A stretch of DNA of 64,000 bases from Lama glama (taxonomy: Eukaryota): contig CM052841.1 of assembly GCA_028534125.1 (NCBI GenBank), positions 29,140,001 through 29,204,000 on the forward strand, written 5' to 3'. The notes beneath the pieces are model-generated. The model was given only the letters and a program-made list of their open reading frames with translations, did not search any database and was not told the origin of the DNA. The position numbers were made by a program, and so were the translations under genes. Of this stretch, positions 55,750-64,000 are shown piece by piece; position 1 is the first letter of the stretch, and each line of letters begins with the position of its first letter.

Positions 55750-57930
55750 ATAATTTCTCCCTTTCTGCCCTTTCCCCAGAGCCTTCTAGAATACCCTCAA
55801 CACTGAACACAAACTTCTCTGCTTTCTTACACTTATAAGCACAATGTCCCATCTTCTTGCTTTAGCTAAAACCCATTTTGCAGGAAGACACCTCCTTCCT
55901 ATAACCTTCTGGGGTAGAAACTGTCATTCTTGTTCATCCACCACTGTGGTTCCCGTAAGTAACATCTACATTCTTCTTGATACTCCGCATCTTTTCAACC
56001 ACTGCTTTTCACTCTTGTGCAAAAAGTCCTTTCTCCTTTGAGTTTCAGGTCACCCTGATCAAAGTCTTCCTGTCCGCTCCCTCTCTTGTCATTAGTATGG
56101 ACACTTCAGTATCTGTACTGACAAACAGAGAAGAACCTAGCTTCATGATGCTTGACCTCAGTTCCAGCATCTCCCAGAACCCATTCTTACAGCCATCCCT
56201 GGACTTATTACCCTAAATTGTTCCACCTCATTTCTGAATGCCAATTTACCATTCTCTGACCACAACATCTCATCATCACTACTCTCAGGATCCTTGGTTC
56301 TCAATGCACTTGGTGCTCAGGCTAGAATTCTAGGCCCTTGATTATTCTTTCCCGTCTGAGGTTGTAATCAACATTATACCTTTATTTTCTTCACCTTTCA
56401 TCTTAGAATTCATATTGCATAATTTTAAGAATCCTTGCAAGCATCTTCCAAATCCCTAGTCCCCTTTCTTTCTGCCATAATGGCATAGCAAAGCTTCAGG
56501 CTTGAATTAACCCAACTATTTGTTTTTCCTGATCTGGGCTGCTGAGTCTCAGCTGAGAAAACCGACAACCTAACTATGCAAAGAGGTGGCCTTAAGCAAT
56601 TCTTTGATATGTACAGAGTCAGTGACTTTCCTGAGGGGTGATTACAAAACGTTACTCCTTTTTTCAAAGACTCAATTCGTTGACACCTGCCACACACATA
56701 TAACACTCCTCTCCTTTTCCCCTAGTAAATGCTTTGCCTTGCTGCTCATTTACTCTTAAGTCACTGTAATTGATTTTTGCACTCCCCACTGAAATGAAAA
56801 TTCTCTGGAGAAAGTCATCAGTGACTTCCTAAAGGCCTAATTAAATGGACTCTTTTAAATATTCACCTAATTGGAGTTTCTCTTACATTTGATACTATTG
56901 ACGCCTCCATTCTCAGTGTTCTGCTCTGGCCTTCTTCTCTCTCTCTACTTGTGCTCCCTGGAGAGCTCATCCACTCCCATGACTTTGACTGATGTTTATA
57001 TTCTTGATCCCCAAATCTGTATTTCCAGTCCAGCTCTTTCTACTTAGATCCAGAGTGCTATATATAAAAGAGTCTTTTTCATAATTTTTCTGGAATTCCC
57101 ACGGAAACTTCAAATTCCAACTGAGTAAGTCCCCTTCCCCCAATAGTTCCTCCTACCAGGGTCTCTATCACACTAAATGACAGCACCTTTTAGACTGAGC
57201 CAGAAACCTTGGAACTTCAACTCCTCCATGTTAAAGCCTCATCCACTTCCTGCACTACCACCTTCTGCACCATCTGACATCGGTCTAGTCCTTCTTATTT
57301 ACCTTCCTAGAGTCTCATGCTGCCTATCTTCTCCATCCCAATTGCTACTGCTTTAGCTAAGGTCCTCTCACCTCCCATCTCTAACCCTTTTACGGACCAC
57401 TTACATTCTGCTTAATAGCTCCAACTACCAGATCACAGTACTACCCTGAGCACGCAGTTTGACTCCTCTAAGATCTGTCCTCCTGTGTCTCTCTTCAGAC
57501 CTGTCTGTCCTGCTTCCTGCCTCCTGACTCTCACTCTCATCACCCTGCAGTCAGCCATATTAAACTACCTGCCGTGCCTGGAACTTTCCATGCTAAGTCT
57601 CAGTTTGGAATGCAATTCTCTTCCTTCACATCTCCCTGTTCCCATCTGCCTAGCAAATAGCTACTTATATTTCAGGGCCCAGCTCAACCTTACCATTCTT
57701 CATCTTCTGTGTCCCCCTACTCTCACCCCAGGAAGAACTGACTACTTTATTTCTGGGGCTCCATCTCCACGTATACCTATATGTAGATATAGATATATTG
57801 CCCATGTCAGTTTGCCTCTCCTGGACTGTAAACTCCTTGAAGACAATGTCTCTGTCATGTGCATTTCTGTACCTTAATGTCCAACTCATAGTAGAAATGA
57901 AATAAATATTTGATGAATGAAGAATGAACT
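55750..57930 (+). mobile_element. Long degenerate L2 LINE
   Basis: Pyrimidine-rich L2 body (ctcatccactcccatgac..., ccagaaaccttggaa...) ending aataaatatttgatgaatgaagaatgaa. Confidence 0.6.
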
Positions 57931-60900
57931 AATTAAAAATGGAGCCTAACCTGTGAGCAAAGGCTAAAACAAGTACGATGACAGTGGAACAAATGTTGGT
58001 CACAATAGTGTACTGAATCATCACAAAGGCTTGTAGATGGGTACCTCTGCTATTTGTAAGACTGGTAAGTCTCAGTCTGTACCAGTGAACAAGGCGGGTG
58101 GGTATTCTCTAGAGTGTAATCTGACTTTCAGGGACAGAAAATTGGGGTGGGGCCTCACACTGACTTGCTTCCTTAGCAATCTGTAAAAACAAAGCCCAGC
58201 AGAACAATTCCCCCCTTTCCCAAAAGTTGGCACTGGCTCAAGTTTTTCTTTTCCAAAATACTTTCTTTGGTCAGGCAGCACTCCCCGCTCTATAGCTGTT
58301 AGGCATTAGTGTGCTCTGAATTCATTAGAGAAGGTTGGTCCTGAATACTAAACAGATGTAGAGCCCTGAGTTTCCAGAACGGGAGTCGAAGGATTGAAAT
58401 GCGCAACAGCCATCTTCTCTGTTCTTACTGTTCTAAGCTTCACCATAGCAGGCGTATTTTAGAGACTGGCCTTAAACTATCCTAATTTCTACACCTGAAG
58501 TGAGCAACAAATCATTTGAGACAGAAAAGTTATATAGAAAAGTGTTTCAGTTTTACACACACATGCATGCACCTTGTTTCCTGACAAAAACAACACTTTA
58601 AATCCAATCAAAATCAAAGAGACAAGATGCGTACAAAAGAAAAGACTTTTTTTTTAAATAGCAAAACTTTAGTACTAAGTAAATGAGCAAAAATAAACCA
58701 GACAACGATAACAAAAACCACTTACTCCAGATAACCTATTAATTTCAGATGGAAGGGCTCCAGGCAACAAGAGAAAAAAAAATGTGACCCATGCATTAAG
58801 TAGACTGGATAACTAATTTAAGATGAGTAGAAATGGCCAAATAAGTTGTCGTGCTAGAAAGTAAGTTTTGGACATCCTGCTTTCATGTCACTAAACAAAC
58901 TTGTGAAAATGCTCAGAGAGACAGAAAGAAGGACTGAATTTAGATGCTGATTTAATGCATTCAAGAGCATGACTTATCTTTCCCCTGCCCTGGTACAGCC
59001 TGGGGAATCTGTGTATATGGCAGGCAACACAAGGATGCCCATAAATAAAGGGAAGTCTCATTCATCCAGAGACTCAAAGAAGCCAGAGACACCCCATTTT
59101 TTTCTGCCAACAAAGGCGTACTTCCAACCTTTGGTGTACCTCACACACCAAAATATAAAACCAGATTTTTCAGCTAGAGAGAATCCATCTAATTTTAGCT
59201 TTGCCCAGGCCTTGGCATGAATATGCTGGAAATTTATTCTGCTGCTCCTCTTTCCTTAGGTGGCCTTTTCCCCCGGCTCCAGTGGGATCCTGACCAGCTC
59301 TCAGAAGCCACACAACATGGTTCACCTTAATGAGATGCCCAAAAAGATGTGATCATTTGGTAGCAATGCTTTAAGCAACCCAGAGCCCAAGTCCCCTCAT
59401 GGTAGCCCACAGATTGGGTCTTAGAGAGCTAGTATATAAACATAAAAACCTGAGATGATTTTGGGTTATTTGAAAAAAACAAAAGGCAGAAACCCACCAG
59501 TCAGACAACAACAGCAAGTTCAATTTCCATCAGTTAATCAGAGTGTTAATCAAAATGTCTAGACAGAGCAGATCATCACTGTCCCTTCCTGAATTTCATT
59601 ACCTGCTGTTTCCAAACACGTTGTTGAACTCACTTCTGACACCAAAGCAAATGTTTTAGCCTCTAAAGATAATTGAGATCGAGGCTCGACTATTGTTTGC
59701 GTTAATCCAACCTGGTTTAGAGATGAAGTACCTAAGTCACTTTGTGACTTTACATTCTTTTTTCTTTTTTCCCTCTTGCTTTTAGTGTTTAAGCACATTT
59801 GGAAAGTAACCATAGAAGTCTCATTCTAGCTTTATTGGCCTTATTGATAGTCTTGGGTTTAGGATAAACTATAAGAGAAAAGTGGAACGTATATGAAAAA
59901 TATGTAGTTGGGTAACTTCGCCTCCCAGAAGTGAGGGCATTAAAGCTGTCCTCCCTTCTGAGGTGTGAGATGTTAATAACCCACCCCATGGGCTCCATTA
60001 TATAGCCATGTATACGTTCATCCAAATTAAGAAAGATTATTTCTGCAGACATGAAAGGGGTTCAGCAATTTTGCAATTGAAAACAAAGAGTGAGATACGG
60101 AGCACGTGCATTACGTTAGAAATGAGCCGCTCTGAGGTGTGTGAGAATGAGCAGCACTGGGAGAGGCCCACAAAGGGCACACCCACAGCATGGGGCTGGT
60201 AGACCCCGGGCAGGGCTGTGGGTCCAGGTGGATATGAGATCCAATCAGCCTGAACACATGCTTCACAAACCAACCTGGACACGGCACAGAAAAGAGGCAA
60301 GACACCGTAGGGCAGCATAAATGATTTGTACCTTTCTCAAATAGCTTGGTACTTGGGTCTCCCGGGCAGTTCTGAGTGATTGGTTGGGGGAGAGGGGGTG
60401 TCACCCAGTTCCTCTTGGGCTCACCTGATACCATGACATGAAAATAGAGTCATTTAAAGGACAGGGATGTTCAATGACTTTGGCCACATGTAATGACAGA
60501 TTTGGGGGCAGCCTTCTAGACCCATTTGAGAAAGGACAAATACTCTTTAGCACTCGAGACAGAAAACTGGCTGATTTAGCTTAGAACAGTGGCTACCATT
60601 GCAGCCAATTTCAGAACGTCAAAAAGGAAGGTAAGTGTTTGGGGGAAGGTCGTCATGAAGGTTGCATCCATCCAAGGCTGGGTTGGTTCGTATTGGGATA
60701 TGGGGTAGAAATTTATCCTTACACACGTAGAACACCACAAATCTAATTAACAATGTCAAAAATCTATTTTCATACTTCACTCACACAAAACATCACTCTT
60801 TCATCTCCGGGGATTTTTCAAGTTCTAAACTACAATCAGCACTTCTTTCAAAATAACAATAATAGATCCTCTTATTCAGCCAGATGGTGGTGTCTGTTGC

Positions 60901-62581
60901 ACTAGGCTGGGTTCATAGTACAACATCAATAAATGGCCACTTGTAGAGGGACAGACAGGATGCCATTCATAAACACACCTACACCTCTCTCCTTCTCCCA
61001 TCCTAAAATATCCCATTGTCAAGACACCATGGGGGCTTAATCTCATTTGGGGGAAGAAAGGAAAACTAGAAAAGGTAAAACAATATAAACGGAAAAGCAA
61101 TTTCTTCGGGAAAAATAGTACATTTAATCTCTGAAGAGAATGATCACAGGTGGGCTTTTTCAAGTGTTGTTTTGCCCTTAGGGACCATTTGAAAGAAGGA
61201 ATTCAACAGTTTTTCCCAGTCCTTGAAAACCTGTCTTGGTGAAAGCTGCACACTGTCAACCAGAGATATTACAACTGGGAGATGGAGTTAGAATTCTTGT
61301 TGAGTGAGTTGGCTGAGTCTTATGAAATGAGTATTTGTTCCAATTACATGTTCCAAAAAATAGATAACTCATTTTGAGAAGGAAAGAGTATTGGCTCAAA
61401 ACCCATCAGGGAAGGGAAAAAGACATGCCAGTGTGTTCCATGGCCAGTGTGCACACGATCTTCACAGGCCTGGGGGACTCACACTACCTGGGACTGGCAG
61501 GGGTTGGGGTGGATGCTGACTAGTCTTTGCTGCTGCTCTTAATAAGCTATACTACCTGGTTATATAACCCTAATCCATCTCCACAGTCCAGGGCTCAGAT
61601 GACTGGCCTGTCAGCAAAAAGTGTTAGAAAAATGTTAATTCAACAATGTTGGAAGGATGTTATTTCTAGAGCTAAACTCCTCAGGGAAAATGAGAAATCG
61701 TTGCTCCTGGGATTCAACTCCTCCACACTGACAGACATTTCTTTCCTGATGTTTTCTTCCCAAATAATTTCCCAATGCCTGGGGTGCCCTGACATTTGGT
61801 CCAAATAAAATGCTGGAACAGACTCCTAGGATACAACTATCTTCAAACTCTACACAAGAGGGGTGTTTATTATAGAGAATCAGCATCCATTAGGGCATGA
61901 AACATCGGGGGCCTGCTGGCACTCGCTCCTCACATTGAATCACTTCATGATATAGACACTATTTCTTTTCTGGCTTTACAGCAACTCAGTTTATAACCTA
62001 AGGCATTTTCCATACTTCCAGGCAACAAACACTAGCTTCTTTTGCGTCTCAATAGCACATAATTTAAGACAGTGGGAAAAAGAGCTGGAGAATAGTTTCC
62101 AGTACAAGGAAAACACCATGCAGATGTTTGCCTTCACTCCTGAATTCTAATGGCAAAACTGAGAATTGTTTATTTGTTCTGAAGTCAAACCCAAGGAATT
62201 TATTTGTTAAAGGCTGGGGGCTGGGGTAGGGGTGGGAAGTAGTGACATAACATATTCCTGATATTGAAATATTCAACACATGGACCTAGGATTTTGAACC
62301 CCCAAAGAATTTAGATCTTTTTAAATGGTTGATTTCTTGATCAAATTTGGCATACCAGATGTCACAGAAAGGACATACCTGAATAAACACCTGAGGACTA
62401 TTTTGCTAAAACTGTACATTCACCTTTTGTAATTGGTTTTTCTCCTCCAAGATAGCAAGCTAGGAATCAGTCCTCTATCTTGAGCCATTTATTGAGAACA
62501 AACAAATGAAATTGGAAAAGACATGACCNNNNNNNNNNNNNNNNNNNNNNNNNNNNNNNNNNNNNNNNNNNNNNNNNNNNN

Positions 62582-62756
62582 NNNNNNNNNNNNNNNNNNN
62601 NNNNNNNNNNNNNNNNNNNNNNNNNNNNNNNNNNNNNNNNNNNNNNNNNNNNNNNNNNNNNNNNNNNNNNNNNNNNNNNNNNNNNNNNNNNNTGGCGACC
62701 CCAAAACTCATCAGCACCACCAGCATAATGATCACAAAGTACATCATGTCTATCAT
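62582..62756 (-). CDS. TRPM3: TRPM3 coding exon encoding S5 and the pore helix ([22 protein letters not shown]...); 3' part and donor(s) fall inside the N block
   Basis: Acceptor ...ccacccttccag|ATGATAGACATG at 62757/62756. Visible 62693-62756 translates to the TRPM1/3-type S5 sequence. End coordinate is inferred from the recalled orthologue exon length (175 nt short pore, ending ~62582; 211 nt long pore, ending ~62546); both lie within Ns 62529-62692. Confidence 0.9.
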
Positions 62757-63639
62757 CTGGAAGGGTGGGGAAGCAGAGGAAGAAACAAAAGAAAACCAGA
62801 ATGACTGAGTGTTTCTATGACGTTGACACTGATGGAAACCTCTGAAGGAGGTTCACTTTCAAGACCACTAATAAGGGATGTTGAGATTATGAGCTGTGTT
62901 CAGGTAAGAGAACACTTGGTCTGTTGAAGGCAGTGTCTGCAGAATCTTTATCAGTAACTCAAAAATCATGCACATGCATAATGGAACCCCTTCGTTTCCA
63001 ATTGTTTTCTGTGGAACCAAGTCAAGACGAGGCATGGGAGTCATATAACACAGAAGCTCGAGTCTCTGTATGAATGCAGTACTAACTTTTTCTCTGCTCC
63101 TGCGAAAAGCAAAAGCCCTCCTTGGGTCTCTTTCTTCTTAACAAAATTGGAATTGGGATATTTGAACTATTTCAAGAACTATGCAATGCTGTAAATTCCC
63201 TTAATTGTGAAAGGTTAATGGAGAGCAGAAAAGCACAAGGAAATAATCATTTGTAAACAAAGCTAGGACAACCCAAATATCCATCTTATACCATCTTATT
63301 CTTGCCTCATTGTATGGTATTCTACCACAAACCAGGCTCTCAGAGAACCACTCTTTCTGCACTTTCTTGGGCAGTACATCCTATGAGTTGTGGGGGATGT
63401 TTGTGTAGGCATTTGAATCAGGTAGCCTAATGAACCATTCCTGTGATTACTGTTGAAATGCTGGATTTTCATCCTGACATGTTTACAAAATTCTCTCGAC
63501 TCCATGCAAGTACAATGTTATTTCCTGTTCCTCTTTATTATTTATTTCTTTTTTGCTTGTTTCCATGATACATGTTTTCTGGGATCTGTTTCTCATATGC
63601 CAAATTACTTTCCTTTTATCACTGAAAATAGATGAGGAT

Positions 63640-64000
63640 GTAATAACTATTAGTTCCCTGGCCAGAAACCATTGCCTCCTTCTTTTAGACATAGTTCCCA
63701 CCCATTCTGGCCACAAAGGTAGGTGTCTTTTCCAGGCTGGGTTAGTCATGGTACCTTACCCTCCAGCAACAGTGACAGGAGGTAGGCATGTGATAAGGCA
63801 GGCCAATTAGAATCTTTACTTTGTTTTTTTCTCAACTGAAGATGAGAGAGAGAAGCTCCCTTTCTTTCTCTGTAATGATGTGAATCCAGAGTATCTGATA
63901 CTGAGTATCCTACTAGTGAAACTGATCAGAGTGAACAAAGCAGATAGTCCAGAGAGAAGAGAGCATGTCATGATGGTAGTTGAGGGCTTGGCTACAGTAG
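63640..64000 (+). mobile_element. ERVL LTR16-like remnant
   Basis: cagtgacaggaggtaggcatgtgataaggcaggccaattagaatc resembles the LTR16 core. Confidence 0.4.

Noticed and set aside
58573-58580. 8-nt unit that could pair with a 10-nt unit (58726-58735) to restore frame
   Set aside because: Needs two tiny exons and a weak GTGCAT donor; too speculative.
62379-62390. 12-nt in-frame unit (RVYSA) with a CAG|GTATGT donor
   Set aside because: Several upstream AGs and no pyrimidine tract; more likely an unused cryptic donor.

Overview
Mammalian genomic DNA, most likely a camelid: it carries a tRNA-Ala-derived Vic-1-type SINE and artiodactyl-type L1 tails, and I saw no Alu, Bov-A/BovB or PRE-1 elements. 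The window holds the 3' end of the TRPM3 cation-channel gene on the minus strand. Five coding exons are visible: S5/pore (~62582-62756, 3' part hidden in Ns), pore-loop/S6 (25896-26046), TRP-domain (25576-25775), a C-terminal linker (23486-23618) and the last exon (12592-14044). They are followed by a ~6.9 kb 3'UTR ending near 5710 and ~5.7 kb of intergenic DNA. Splice phases are consistent at all fully visible junctions. The rest is ordinary intronic and intergenic DNA with ancient MIR, L2, CR1, MaLR, ERV and hAT repeats plus a few younger insertions with target-site duplications (TSDs). The most interesting signal is in the 36.5 kb intron that interrupts the pore loop. It contains a small exon-like unit (58726-58757) that reads P-L-P-S-E-I-N in the correct phase, resembling the TRPM1 pore-loop LYAMEIN microexon, and is flanked by RBFOX motifs. 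It also contains three frame-preserving microexon candidates (33, 9 and 27 nt). Together these suggest an unannotated splicing repertoire for the selectivity-determining pore loop; this is a sequence-only hypothesis. Also notable are an intron nested in the last exon (short C-terminus isoform), a miR-204 8mer overlapping a poly(A) hexamer, an intronic RFX X-box, and a three-layer nested LINE insertion. Repeat family names and comparisons to orthologues come from recall, not from database searches.
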